From Flavobacteriales bacterium (GTDB taxonomy: Bacteria; Bacteroidota; Bacteroidia; Flavobacteriales; Flavobacteriaceae): 64,000 nt of DNA. The notes below the pieces were generated by a model. The model had not been told where the DNA came from and searched no databases. It was given only the letters and a program-made list of their open reading frames with translations. The stretch lies in NCBI GenBank assembly GCA_027024205.1, contig JALVST010000102.1, positions 12,987-76,986 of the forward strand, in the 5' to 3' direction. Of this stretch, positions 34,825-44,389 are shown in pieces. A program made the translations under genes and the position numbers. How positions within the stretch are numbered: the first letter of the stretch is position 1; every line of letters starts with the position of its first letter.

Positions 34825-35352
34825 TTAATTATTCTGTTTTTCTTCTACTTCTTTGAGATATTTATTGTCGATAATTTTGACTTTTTTGTTCAATTTGGAT
34901 AGTTTTTTCAAATCGATATTGCCGGTAACCAGCATAATAACACTTTGTGGTTTTTGCGGATCTTTAGATTTGAGAATCATAATCAGTTCTTTGGCCATAT
35001 GCGGTTTGTCACCTTTGACAATATAAAATTTGACATTGTTATCTTGATCGTTGATACGCATGAGTTCTACCATTTTTTTCTTTTTTGCATATTGATTGGC
35101 ATCATTGATCATTTGTGCTTGTACTTGTGCGTCTTCGGTTGAAAATACTTTGAGTCCGGTCAAGCCGCTGAGTACATTAATTTCTTCTTTGGCTTCGGCA
35201 CTTTCGGGCTCTATTTCTTTGAGTAGTTTGAACATTTCATCGGTAACTATTACCGAAGATACTTGATCGTAGTCTTCATATTTGTCAAATAAACTTTGTG
35301 CAAAGTTTGTAAAGTTTATAAGCAGACTGAAAAGGAATATTAAATTTTTCAT
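34825..35352 (-). CDS. DUF4252-like secreted protein
   Basis: 175 aa with a signal peptide and LFDKYEDYDQVSSVIVTDEMFKLL. It is a paralogue of the downstream gene. Confidence 0.65.
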   Translation of the reverse strand: MKNLIFLFSLLINFTNFAQSLFDKYEDYDQVSSVIVTDEMFKLLKEIEPESAEAKEEINVLSGLTGLKVFSTEDAQVQAQMINDANQYAKKKKMVELMRINDQDNNVKFYIVKGDKPHMAKELIMILKSKDPQKPQSVIMLVTGNIDLKKLSKLNKKVKIIDNKYLKEVEEKQNN

Positions 35353-35834
35353 TTTTTTGTCGTTTTAAGGTTAAACACTTTTTGAGTTGTTTGTCCGAAC
35401 AAGCTGAGAGTGCCTGTTTTGTCCAGTCCTTCCGAAACATTACGGGTAAATTTTTTGAGTTCTTTTCCGGCTTCTTTTTGTTTTTCCGGATTCGGATTGG
35501 ATATTTGAATATGTGTTGCCGTGCCGTTTAAGTCAAATCCTTGATGATGATTTTGTTGCAAGAGCCATACCAGTCCCAATCCTATAAACAAAGCTACAGA
35601 GGCAGCCATGTAAAATCTGCGACTTATACCGGCTTTCGGTAAAGTGAAACGTTGCGGATTACGGATTTGCCGTTCCCGGTTGAAATAACCGAATAGCGCT
35701 TTATACGGTTCGTGTGCCGGTGCTACATCCTCCGAAGCGAAATAATCTCTCAGCAAAGCTTCTTCTTCCAAGCCGGTTAGTCCTTCAAAATATTTGTTTA
35801 AGAGTTTGTCAATGTTTTTGTAATCCGTATTCAT
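35349..35834 (-). CDS. putative anti-sigma factor (single-pass membrane protein)
   Basis: 161 aa with one TM helix (FYMAASVALFIGLGLVWLL). It overlaps both the sigma gene and the next gene. Confidence 0.5.
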   Translation of the reverse strand: MNTDYKNIDKLLNKYFEGLTGLEEEALLRDYFASEDVAPAHEPYKALFGYFNRERQIRNPQRFTLPKAGISRRFYMAASVALFIGLGLVWLLQQNHHQGFDLNGTATHIQISNPNPEKQKEAGKELKKFTRNVSEGLDKTGTLSLFGQTTQKVFNLKTTKK

Positions 35835-36324
35835 ATTGTTTGATTAAAGCGTTTTTTAAAGTTTTTCTGGCACGTGATAATGCGGTTCTAACGGCATTTT
35901 CATTCATGTCCAAGATTTCGGCAATTTCTTTAAATTCATAACCTTCAATATCCCGTAGTTGCACAATTAAACGTTGTTTTTCAGGTAATTTCATCATCAG
36001 TTGTTCTACAATACCGATAGCTTCATGTGTTTCAAATTGTTTTTCCGATGATGGTGCTTTCATCATAAATGAAATACTATCCAACCGGCTTTCTTTGGCT
36101 TGTTTCGATTTGATTCTGTCCAGGCAATAGTTTCGGACGGTTCGCAAAAAATATGCATCGGTATTACTGATACGGTTAAATTGTTCTCTTTTAACCCAGA
36201 GTTTGGTGAAAACTTCCTGTACGGCATCAGCCGCTTCATCAGTGGAAATCAACATCATTTTAGCCAAACGAAACATCTTGTCTTCCAGACGTTTAACTGT
36301 ATTTACAAATTCAAGTTGAGTCAT
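35809..36324 (-). CDS. ECF-type RNA polymerase sigma-70 family factor
   Basis: 171 aa with region 2 (DAVQEVFTKLW ... YFLRTVRNYCLD) and region 4 (IVQLRDIEGYEFKEIAEILDMNENAVRTALSRARK). Confidence 0.9.
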   Translation of the reverse strand: MTQLEFVNTVKRLEDKMFRLAKMMLISTDEAADAVQEVFTKLWVKREQFNRISNTDAYFLRTVRNYCLDRIKSKQAKESRLDSISFMMKAPSSEKQFETHEAIGIVEQLMMKLPEKQRLIVQLRDIEGYEFKEIAEILDMNENAVRTALSRARKTLKNALIKQYEYGLQKH

Positions 36325-36348
36325 TTTAACGGTTCGTTACACTGATTT

Positions 36349-36374
36349 AACGATAAAGATACGAAATTGTTACA
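36349..36374 (-). promoter_or_regulatory. candidate ECF-type promoter (TGTAAC-N16-CGTT)
   Basis: The minus strand reads TGTAAC aatttcgtatctttat CGTT, 24 nt upstream of the sigma ATG. Confidence 0.3.
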
Positions 36375-36383
36375 AAAGAGATA

Positions 36384-36418
36384 GTTAAAAGTGAAAAGTT
36401 GAATGTTGAAAGTTATTT
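36384..36418. repeat. heptad array (GTTAAAA GTGAAAA GTTGAAT GTTGAAA GTTATTT)
   Basis: Five 7-nt units. An inverted-orientation array lies at 36651-36685. Confidence 0.75.
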
Positions 36419-36431
36419 GGTTATATTATCT

Positions 36432-36492
36432 CTATGACTTGATTTGCCCTGAAATAGGTTGATTCAAAAAGTCAACAAAAATCAGGATGAGG
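36432..36492. repeat. intergenic repeat module (TGAAATAGGTTGA core)
   Basis: About 85% identical, apart from a 5-nt indel, to the reverse complement of 41481-41535. Confidence 0.8.
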
Positions 36493-36511
36493 TATAATTA
36501 GTTTATTTTGT

Positions 36512-36549
36512 AAAAAAAAAAGAGACACACAAACTATGTATCTCTTTTT
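36512..36549. terminator. bidirectional terminator-like hairpin
   Basis: An A9 run, AGAGACACA-caaacta-TGTATCTCT (one mismatch), then TTTT. Confidence 0.45.
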
Positions 36550-36687
36550 CTGTTTAATAAAATTTATCGAATATTAGCGAGACGTTTTGCCAAAACGTAT
36601 CTACCTGCATTCACATATCAAATCTATGTTTTGGTGCGTCTATCAGTTATAACATTTAACATTATGAACATTATAAACTTTTAGCAC

Positions 36688-36709
36688 GAGACGCACGGTC
36701 GTGCGTCTC
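36688..36709 (-). repeat. REP-like hairpin GAGACGCAC-ggtc-GTGCGTCTC abutting the nqrF stop
   Basis: Perfect 9-bp stem. The CTA at 36709-36711 is the nqrF TAG. No U-run follows on the minus strand. Confidence 0.75.
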
Positions 36710-38016
36710 TACCCACCAAAATCATCAAAACGAATATTTTCAGGTGGTACGCCGAGATTTTCGAGCATGTTGACTACCGCTTTGTTCATCATCGGCGGGC
36801 CGCAGAAATAATATTCTATATCTTCCGGGGTTTCGTGTTTACTCAGATAGTTATCGTAGAGTGCTTGATGCACAAATCCGATGAAACCATCGCCGGGACA
36901 ATCCAGACATTCTTTGACTTGCCAGTCATCTTCGGGACGCGGCTCGGATAAGACCAGATAAAATTTGAAGTTAGGAAATTCTTTTTCCAAATCTCTGAAA
37001 TGATCTACATAGAACAGTTCACGTTTGGAGCGTCCGCCATACCAATAAGATACTTTTCTGTCGGTTTTAAGCGTTTTAAACAAGTGATACAAGTGTGAAC
37101 GCATCGGGGCCATACCGGCTCCCCCACCGATATAGACCATTTCGGCATCGGAATCTTCATTGATAAAGAATTCGCCGTAAGGACCGGATATTTTGACAAC
37201 ATCACCGGGTTTGCGTGAGAATATATAAGATGAAGCAATACCGGGATTGACGTTCATCCACGTATTTTTTTCACGATCCCACGGGGGTGTGGCAATACGG
37301 ACGTTTAACATAATACGGCGTCCTTCGGCAGGATAACTGGCCATGGAATAAGCCCGTGTCACTTCTTCGTCGTTTTTCATGACAAGCGGCCATAAGTTGA
37401 ACTTATCCCAATCTTCCCTGAATTTGTCCGGTTCACCGGGATGTTCCACAGGATGTGCCGTGATGTCTATATCTTTGTAGGCAACCGTTACCGGTGGCAC
37501 ATCTATTTGGATATAACCGCCGGGTTTGTAATTGATATCTTCGGGCACTTCAACCACAAATTCTTTGATAAATGAAGCCACATTGTAATTGGAAACCACT
37601 TTGGCATCCCATTTTTTAACACCGAATACTTCTTCCGGCACAACGATTTCCAAATCTTCTTTAACCTTGACTTGACAGCCCAATCGCCAGCCTTCTTCTT
37701 TTTGTTTAAGGGTAAAATGCGGTTCTTCGGTCGGGAGCATGTTGCCACCGCCTTTTAAAACCTTGACTTTACATTGCAGACAAGTACCGCCACCGCCACA
37801 AGCTGATGGTAAAAAGATTTTTTCATTAGACAAGGTACTCAATAACGAACCACCCGCTTCCACTTCCAATTCTTTTTCACCGTTGACCAATATTTTAACT
37901 TTGCCCCCGGGCAGTAATTTGGCTTTTGCCCACAAAAGTAAAATGACCAATATCAAGACAACCGCCAAAAATACCAATACACTGGCTATGATTACTTTCA
38001 TTGTATTCTGATCCAT
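36709..38016 (-). CDS. nqrF: Na+-translocating NADH:quinone oxidoreductase subunit F
   Basis: 435 aa. N-terminal TM helix, 2Fe-2S ferredoxin Cys cluster ([14 protein letters not shown]) and an FAD/NADH domain ([15 protein letters not shown]). Confidence 0.95.
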   Translation of the reverse strand: MDQNTMKVIIASVLVFLAVVLILVILLLWAKAKLLPGGKVKILVNGEKELEVEAGGSLLSTLSNEKIFLPSACGGGGTCLQCKVKVLKGGGNMLPTEEPHFTLKQKEEGWRLGCQVKVKEDLEIVVPEEVFGVKKWDAKVVSNYNVASFIKEFVVEVPEDINYKPGGYIQIDVPPVTVAYKDIDITAHPVEHPGEPDKFREDWDKFNLWPLVMKNDEEVTRAYSMASYPAEGRRIMLNVRIATPPWDREKNTWMNVNPGIASSYIFSRKPGDVVKISGPYGEFFINEDSDAEMVYIGGGAGMAPMRSHLYHLFKTLKTDRKVSYWYGGRSKRELFYVDHFRDLEKEFPNFKFYLVLSEPRPEDDWQVKECLDCPGDGFIGFVHQALYDNYLSKHETPEDIEYYFCGPPMMNKAVVNMLENLGVPPENIRFDDFGG

Positions 38017-38033
38017 TTTCTACAAACTTTGAA

Positions 38034-38648
38034 TTAAATTTTGATTCCCATAAAGGCCATAAAGGCAATAGCCATCAGACCGGTAATAATAAAAGTGATA
38101 CCCAAACCGCGCAACGGTGCCGGCACATTGGAATAGGTAATTTTTTCACGAATAGCCGCCAATAAAATAATGGCTAACATCCAACCGATACCGGAACCTA
38201 ATCCGTACACCAAGGCTTCTGATACTTGTGTAAATTCTTTTTGTTGCATAAACAAAGACCCACCGAGAATGGCACAGTTGACAGCAATCAGCGGTAAGAA
38301 AATTCCTAAGGAAGCATACAGTGCCGGTGCAAAACGTTCGACAAACATTTCAACCAGTTGCACCATAGCTGCAATCACCGCTATAAACATGATAAAACTC
38401 AAAAAACTCAAATCGACATCGGCAAATGACGGATCCAACCATTTCAAAGCACCGGGTTGTAGTAAATATTTGTCAATCAAAAAGTTAACCGGAACGGTAA
38501 TCGTTAAAACGAATACCACTGCGGCACCCAGACCGACGGATGTTTTTACCTTTTTGGAAACGGCCAAATATGAACACATACCCAAGAAAAAGGCAAAAAC
38601 CATATTTTCAATAAAGATACTTCTTATAAATATATTCCATAATTCCAT
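38034..38648 (-). CDS. nqrE: NQR subunit E
   Basis: 204 aa, six TM helices, with [20 protein letters not shown]. Confidence 0.93.
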   Translation of the reverse strand: MELWNIFIRSIFIENMVFAFFLGMCSYLAVSKKVKTSVGLGAAVVFVLTITVPVNFLIDKYLLQPGALKWLDPSFADVDLSFLSFIMFIAVIAAMVQLVEMFVERFAPALYASLGIFLPLIAVNCAILGGSLFMQQKEFTQVSEALVYGLGSGIGWMLAIILLAAIREKITYSNVPAPLRGLGITFIITGLMAIAFMAFMGIKI

Positions 38649-38661
38649 AATACTTCCTTTT

Positions 38662-39291
38662 TTATTCTTTTTCAGTTAATTGCGGGTACAAACTGCGTTG
38701 TACCCAGATGACAATACCAAGGGTTATCAATGCCATTGCCGGTAACAACATCATCGCATTGTTAACATATCCCAAATCGTAGAATGATTGCGGTATAATT
38801 TGATAGTCAAACAAAGTGCCGGAGCCAAACAGCTCGCGGAAAAAGGCAACGATAATCAATATCAAACCGTAACCGGCTCCGTTACCAATACCGTCTAAAA
38901 ACGAATCAAGCGGTTTGTTACCCAAAGCAAAAGCTTCGAGACGTCCCATAACGATACAGTTGGTAATAATCAAGCCGACGAATACCGATAATTGTTTGGA
39001 AACATCGTAAGCGAAAGCTTTTAAGATTTGATCTACCAGGATTACTAATGTTGCTACTACCAACAATTGCACGATAATACGAATCCGGTTCGGGATATAA
39101 TTTCGTATCAATGAAACAATCAAGTTACTAAATGCAACGACAACCATAACGGACAATGCCATAACGATGGCCGGCATCAGTTTGACGGTAATAGCCAAAG
39201 CCGAACAAATCCCCAAAACCTGAACGGTTATCGGGTTGTTTTCGTTTAAAGGATCTTTTATCAGATCTTGCCATTTATGTTTTTTAGCCAT
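38662..39291 (-). CDS. nqrD: NQR subunit D
   Basis: 209 aa with [17 protein letters not shown]. Confidence 0.93.
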   Translation of the reverse strand: MAKKHKWQDLIKDPLNENNPITVQVLGICSALAITVKLMPAIVMALSVMVVVAFSNLIVSLIRNYIPNRIRIIVQLLVVATLVILVDQILKAFAYDVSKQLSVFVGLIITNCIVMGRLEAFALGNKPLDSFLDGIGNGAGYGLILIIVAFFRELFGSGTLFDYQIIPQSFYDLGYVNNAMMLLPAMALITLGIVIWVQRSLYPQLTEKE

Positions 39292-39297
39292 AATATT

Positions 39298-40062
39298 TTA
39301 ATTTTTTTGTTGTCTTATTTTTTTAAAGAATGGTAAATAATGTTGCAAACGTTCTTGTATCATATCCGTAACACCGTTACCGGTCAAAGTTGCTCCCGAA
39401 ATAGCATCGACTTCGTGGTCTTCTTTGTCTTTGTTTTCAGGGTCTTTATTGCCTTTTAACAGGGTAATCCCTTTGAACGAGCCGTCTTTGTCAAAGATTT
39501 TTTCACCCACAAACTGCTTTTCAAACCATTTTTTAGTGATTTCGGCTCCCAAACCGGGCGTTTCACCTTTATGGCCGAATTTTACCCCTTTAACCGTGTT
39601 GGCATCTTCTTCCAAGGCGATATAGCCCCAGATATCGTCCCACAAACCTTTACCGTACAACGGTATTACATAGTATTTTTTTCCATCTACATCACCGATA
39701 AAAATAGGAAAACGTTGTTCATTTTCCGGTTTTTTTATCTCGGTTTTCATGTTGATATCAAAAGCTTTGACACTCTTGTCCACACTACCGTCCGCCTTAA
39801 GGGCATATTGTTTGTTAAAATATTTATTGAAATAAGTTTCAATAAGTTTATAATTGAGCGCTTTGTCTTCGGCAATGGCTTTTTGGGTTAGAGCTTCATC
39901 GTCCAGACCGATAGTGTACATAATATCGGTCATTTTTTCTTGTCTTTTATTTCGTTCTTGTGCCGGTTTCAGTATCATTACCGCCAATGCCAGTAAAACG
40001 GCAGATACGGTTACCACAACGGCTGCAAATAAAATCGTGTAAATGTTACTGTTTCTATCCAT
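39298..40062 (-). CDS. nqrC: NQR subunit C (FMN-binding)
   Basis: 254 aa. N-terminal TM helix and the flavinylation motif AISGATLTGNGV. Confidence 0.92.
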   Translation of the reverse strand: MDRNSNIYTILFAAVVVTVSAVLLALAVMILKPAQERNKRQEKMTDIMYTIGLDDEALTQKAIAEDKALNYKLIETYFNKYFNKQYALKADGSVDKSVKAFDINMKTEIKKPENEQRFPIFIGDVDGKKYYVIPLYGKGLWDDIWGYIALEEDANTVKGVKFGHKGETPGLGAEITKKWFEKQFVGEKIFDKDGSFKGITLLKGNKDPENKDKEDHEVDAISGATLTGNGVTDMIQERLQHYLPFFKKIRQQKN

Positions 40063-40074
40063 AATAATAATGTA

Positions 40075-41223
40075 TTAAGCCGTTTGTTTTTCCAATCTTT
40101 TCATTCTTTTCTTGATATTGGCTTGCACCACGTAGTAGTCAATAGTAGGCGCAATGACGTTCATCAACAGAATGGCCAACATCACGCCTTCGGGATAAGC
40201 CGGATTAAATACTCTTACCAGTATGGCAAATACCCCGATTAAGAAGCCGTAAATCCATTTACCTTTGCGGGTTTGGGCTGCCGTTACCGGGTCGGTAGCC
40301 ATAAAGACAATTCCGAATGCCAAACCGCCGACCAGTAGATGTTGCCACCAAGGCAATTGCATTAAGGTATTAGCGCCCCAAAGGTTGAAGATAAATGCCA
40401 TCAATGCGGCACCGGCAAAACCGGACAACATGATACGCCAGCTACCGACTTTGGTCAGTAATAGCAAAGCGGCTCCAATTAGAATCATCAATACCGATGT
40501 TTCTCCGACACTACCCGGAATGGTTCCGAAAAACATGTCTTTCCAGGTATAAGCAATCTGTTGTCCTTGTCCCAATGCCCCTAAAATAGTTTCGCCCGAA
40601 TAAGCATCGGCATGTTCGGGTTTGGGAATCCACACTTCGTTTCCGGACATAAAACTGGGATAGGCAAAAAACGCAAATGCTCTGGCAACCAATGCCGGAT
40701 TGACAATGTTCATACCCGTGCCTCCGAAAACTTCTTTGCCGATAATCACCGCAAAAGCAACAGAAACCGCCAAAATCCACAAAGGAATGGTAACCGGCAT
40801 AATCAATGGTATCAATAATCCTGTAACCAAATAACCTTCGTTGACATCGTGACCACGCAGGATGGCAAAATAAAATTCGATACCTAATCCCACGACATAT
40901 GAGACGATAATCATCGGTAAAACTTTCCAAAATCCATAGACAAAAGCATCCCAATTGGTAAACTCAGTGCCGGCTTGTTGAAAATATTGATAGCCGACAT
41001 TCCACATGCCGAAAATTGTAGCGGGGATCAGGGCCAATACCACTGTGAACATCACTCGTTTCAAATCGACAGCATCGCGGATATGAGCCCCCCTTTTGGT
41101 TGTTTCTCCCGGCGTAAACATAAATGTATAAAGCGCCATATAAGCGGGATAGTATTTCTCATACTTCCCACCTTCGAGAAACAAATGTTCGTATTTATTA
41201 AAAAACTTTTCTAAAACTTTCAT
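40075..41223 (-). CDS. nqrB: NQR subunit B
   Basis: 382 aa, polytopic, with GGTGMNIVNPALVARAF and FMATDPVT. Confidence 0.93.
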   Translation of the reverse strand: MKVLEKFFNKYEHLFLEGGKYEKYYPAYMALYTFMFTPGETTKRGAHIRDAVDLKRVMFTVVLALIPATIFGMWNVGYQYFQQAGTEFTNWDAFVYGFWKVLPMIIVSYVVGLGIEFYFAILRGHDVNEGYLVTGLLIPLIMPVTIPLWILAVSVAFAVIIGKEVFGGTGMNIVNPALVARAFAFFAYPSFMSGNEVWIPKPEHADAYSGETILGALGQGQQIAYTWKDMFFGTIPGSVGETSVLMILIGAALLLLTKVGSWRIMLSGFAGAALMAFIFNLWGANTLMQLPWWQHLLVGGLAFGIVFMATDPVTAAQTRKGKWIYGFLIGVFAILVRVFNPAYPEGVMLAILLMNVIAPTIDYYVVQANIKKRMKRLEKQTA

Positions 41224-41690
41224 TTAAATATATATTTACGTTTTTATGTTTGTTTTTATTTAAGTCTAACATTCAACATTATAAACCTTTAACTTTTAAC
41301 TTTTAACTTTTAACTATAATAATGTCACCCCTTCGGGGTTTTTATGGTAATTTTTACTGTTATCATCTACTAACAGGACTCCCCTAACGAGGCTTAATGG
41401 TTGTTTTTTCATTATATGTATTTCTACTAACGGGTCGCTCCTAACGGAGCTTGATAAAATCTAAAATCGTTAATCGGTTGCCCGTCCTGATTTTTGTTAT
41501 CTTTTCGAGTCAACCTATTTCATGACAAGTCATAGTATCGAAGTGACCATTCCTCACTCCTCATTCCTCACTCCTCATTTCCTCAATTTACAAGACGAAA
41601 ATACGGTATGAACTAATAAACTCTCATCAAAAAAAGTAATATTCTATGAACCGCAACTTTTAACTTTCAACTTTTAACTTTCAACTATAC
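41224..41690. repeat. 467-bp mosaic repeat island between nqrA and nqrB
   Basis: Heptad arrays at 41268-41316, 41551-41586 and 41654-41688. GC hairpin at 41327-41339. Two 29-nt CTACTAAC..CTAACG(A/G)(G/A)GCTT units at 41367-41395 and 41424-41452. Module at 41481-41535. Confidence 0.85.
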
Positions 41691-43028
41691 TTAACCCATT
41701 TCAACTTGCATAATGTCCAGGCCTTTTCTGATGAGTTCTTGTGTGTCTATTTTAGATGAGCTGATATAGTCCAACAAAGCAAAATCTTCGGGAGCGACTT
41801 CCAAGATACCTAATTGTTCCATTTTTTCTACATCGCCTGTCAAAGCGGCTTTGAGCAAATGAACCGGATAAATATCTAAGGGCATCACAGATTCGTACTC
41901 TTCGTTCATGACAAATGCCCGTTCTTCACCATACAAACTGGCATCCAAATCGAGTTCTTTCGGAGTCAAACCGAAATTGTAAAAACTTTTCCGATTTTTA
42001 CCAAAGAATGGTAACCAACCCATAAATTTCGGTTTGTTTCCCAAAGGAATAACCGTAATTTCGTTATCGTAAAAATTGAGAAATTTGTCTTTGGTAATAT
42101 CAGCACCGGTTAAGACATTTCCACTGATGATACGGGAATCACCATCTTTTAGTTTGTCTTTTAAGAAACTTGACAAACCGGCCCCGGGTTTTATATTGTA
42201 ATACATAGGCTCTTTAACTTGCGAACCGGCAAGGGCTACAGTCCGGAAGGGATTGTAATGTCCGGTTTCAAAAAATTCACCGATGAGGGCCACATCAGCC
42301 GGATTAATCGTCCAAATACGATCACCTTTACTGATAGGTTCAAATTTTTCAATACTGACACTTACATTACCAACCGGATGCGGCCCAAAAGCTTTAATGA
42401 TTTCAACATCCGGAAGTTTATAAAAGTCCGTTGCCGTTTCACCGTTAACGATGACATAGACTTTGCCTTCTGTTAATTTTTTGACGGTTTTGAGGCCGTT
42501 TTCAAAGGTTTTCATTTTATTTTTCAGAGCAAAGGCGTAATCCACTCCCAAAGGGGCCGAATCGAAAGTGGAAATAAATATGGCTTTCGGTCGGTCATCG
42601 GGATGGGCAATAATGTCGTAAGGGCGTTGCTTGATAGTGGCAAACAGACCGCTTTCCAGAAGTAAATTCAAAATTTGTTCTCTCGACAAAATTTCGGGTT
42701 TGGCAGTATTAAATTGTTTAAAAGTATCCGTATCGTCTGCTTTGATAACAATTTTTAATATTTTTCGTTTATGACCGCGAATGATATCTTCAATCACACC
42801 GCTTACCGGAGCGGTAAATTTTATCCTGTCAATATATTTATGATAAAATAACGGGTCGCCGGCATGCACATGTTCTCCCTGTTTGACGGTTAAACGCGGA
42901 TTAATACCATAAAATTCAACCGGTTTGACAACATATTTTTCAGAACGGGGCGCATCGGCAATTTTAAAAGCCGGTTTGCCTTTCAAATTAATGTTCAAAC
43001 CTCTTGATATTTTGATTTGTTTAGACAT
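41691..43028 (-). CDS. nqrA: NQR subunit A
   Basis: 445 aa, begins MSKQIKISRGLNINLKGKP, with the typical NqrA layout. Confidence 0.93.
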   Translation of the reverse strand: MSKQIKISRGLNINLKGKPAFKIADAPRSEKYVVKPVEFYGINPRLTVKQGEHVHAGDPLFYHKYIDRIKFTAPVSGVIEDIIRGHKRKILKIVIKADDTDTFKQFNTAKPEILSREQILNLLLESGLFATIKQRPYDIIAHPDDRPKAIFISTFDSAPLGVDYAFALKNKMKTFENGLKTVKKLTEGKVYVIVNGETATDFYKLPDVEIIKAFGPHPVGNVSVSIEKFEPISKGDRIWTINPADVALIGEFFETGHYNPFRTVALAGSQVKEPMYYNIKPGAGLSSFLKDKLKDGDSRIISGNVLTGADITKDKFLNFYDNEITVIPLGNKPKFMGWLPFFGKNRKSFYNFGLTPKELDLDASLYGEERAFVMNEEYESVMPLDIYPVHLLKAALTGDVEKMEQLGILEVAPEDFALLDYISSSKIDTQELIRKGLDIMQVEMG

Positions 43029-43066
43029 AATGATTGAATGTTTTCTCTATTTTCTTGAATAACACG

Positions 43067-43074
43067 CAAATTTA
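43067..43074 (-). promoter_or_regulatory. -7 promoter box TAAATTTG
   Basis: Matches TAnnTTTG, 38 nt upstream of the nqrA ATG. Confidence 0.45.
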
Positions 43075-43131
43075 TAAAAATATGGTTTACTAAAACTGAT
43101 ATTTCTCTTTTTATTTTTTTATTTTTGCACG

Positions 43132-43150
43132 GACGATGCAATGCATCGTC
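43132..43150. repeat. REP-like palindrome GACGATGCA-a-TGCATCGTC
   Basis: Perfect 9-bp arms followed by TAG. Same ...CGTCT(C)TA(C/G) ending as at 401-410 and 36701-36712. Confidence 0.7.
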
Positions 43151-43512
43151 TAGTTAAAAGTTCATAAAGTTTGTAAAGTTATAAAGTTCGTAACGAGTTA
43201 TAAGTAATAAGTTGAATAGTTGAAAATAGTAAATAAGATTTTTCTCCCTACTTTCGTAGGGTTGTAATGATAGCGGTTGTCATTCCGACAGAGCGAGGAG
43301 GTACGAGGAGCGACAGCCTGTCCCATATCCGAAGGGAGCGGGAAGGAATCTCAACATTAAAGAAAATAGATTTCTCCTCACTCCTTCGTCATTCGTTCGA
43401 AATGACAGAACCTGACAACCGGTAATGCAGAATCAAAGATCGCTGAGTACCACGACGAAGGAGTGGTGTACCAAAGCGCCGACAATCAAATAACCAAACA
43501 ACCAAAAATTTA

Positions 43513-43582
43513 AAATTAGATTTTAGAAATTAGAATTATCACCGGACACCGAACATCGGACATCGGACATCCGACAATCAAA
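43513..43582. repeat. two adjacent heptad arrays (AAATTAG-type, then CGGACAT-type)
   Basis: AAATTAG ATTTTAG AAATTAG AATTATC, then ACCGGAC ACCGAAC ATCGGAC ATCGGAC ATCCGAC AATCAAA. Confidence 0.8.
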
Positions 43583-43615
43583 TAACCGATTAACCATATC
43601 ACCAAATAAACAAAC

Positions 43616-44272
43616 ATGCTAAACATCCCAATTTACAAATTCAAAGCCTTTGCCTTTAACGACACAATCGACACCTTGATAGATACCTGTCATCATTACG
43701 GATTCAGTCATTTGTCTGTGGTTGAAAAAGGAATTTATCGCGGTATGGTGCGTTGTGACGATTTAATGGCAATTAAAAACAAACGGGATACTTTACAGAC
43801 ACATAAGCATTTGCTGGAAAAAGAATATTTGTCCGACCGGATGAATTGGACAGAGACATTATCCGTTTTGATGCGAAACGAAGCCAATGTTATGGGCGTA
43901 TTGGATTTGTCGGGAAAATATATCGGTATCCGTTTGTTGGATGATATTTTGGATTTGTTGACTGAAAAAACTTTCGTAAACAATCGTGGTTATTTATTGG
44001 TTGTCAGTAAATTAACAACCGATTTCAGTATCAGTGAAGTGGCACAAATCATCGAATCCGACGGGGGAAAAATTTTAGGAATTTTGGTCAATGAAACCGG
44101 AGAGAATACCGAAGTGGAAATAAAAATCGATACGGATGATATCAATGAAATCATCCAAAGTTTTCGCCGGTACGATTACCGCATTATCAGCCAGATGGAA
44201 GAAGATATGCACTTGCAAGAGCTCAAAGAACATTCTGATTTTTTGAGGCGGTATTTGGAGATGGGGAGTTAG
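43616..44272 (+). CDS. CBS-domain pair protein
   Basis: 218 aa with two CBS-like units (HLSVVEKGIYRGMVRCDDL; VMGVLDLSGKYIGIRLLDDIL). Confidence 0.65.
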   Translation: MLNIPIYKFKAFAFNDTIDTLIDTCHHYGFSHLSVVEKGIYRGMVRCDDLMAIKNKRDTLQTHKHLLEKEYLSDRMNWTETLSVLMRNEANVMGVLDLSGKYIGIRLLDDILDLLTEKTFVNNRGYLLVVSKLTTDFSISEVAQIIESDGGKILGILVNETGENTEVEIKIDTDDINEIIQSFRRYDYRIISQMEEDMHLQELKEHSDFLRRYLEMGS

Positions 44273-44389
44273 TAGCAAGTAGAAACAAAAAAATGTTTTT
44301 TCATTTTAAAATTAAAAAAGATAATTAGCTTTGTTTTCATAATTGTAAAAAAAAATGCTGTCAAATTTTTGGTAGCCGTTTTTATTTTT

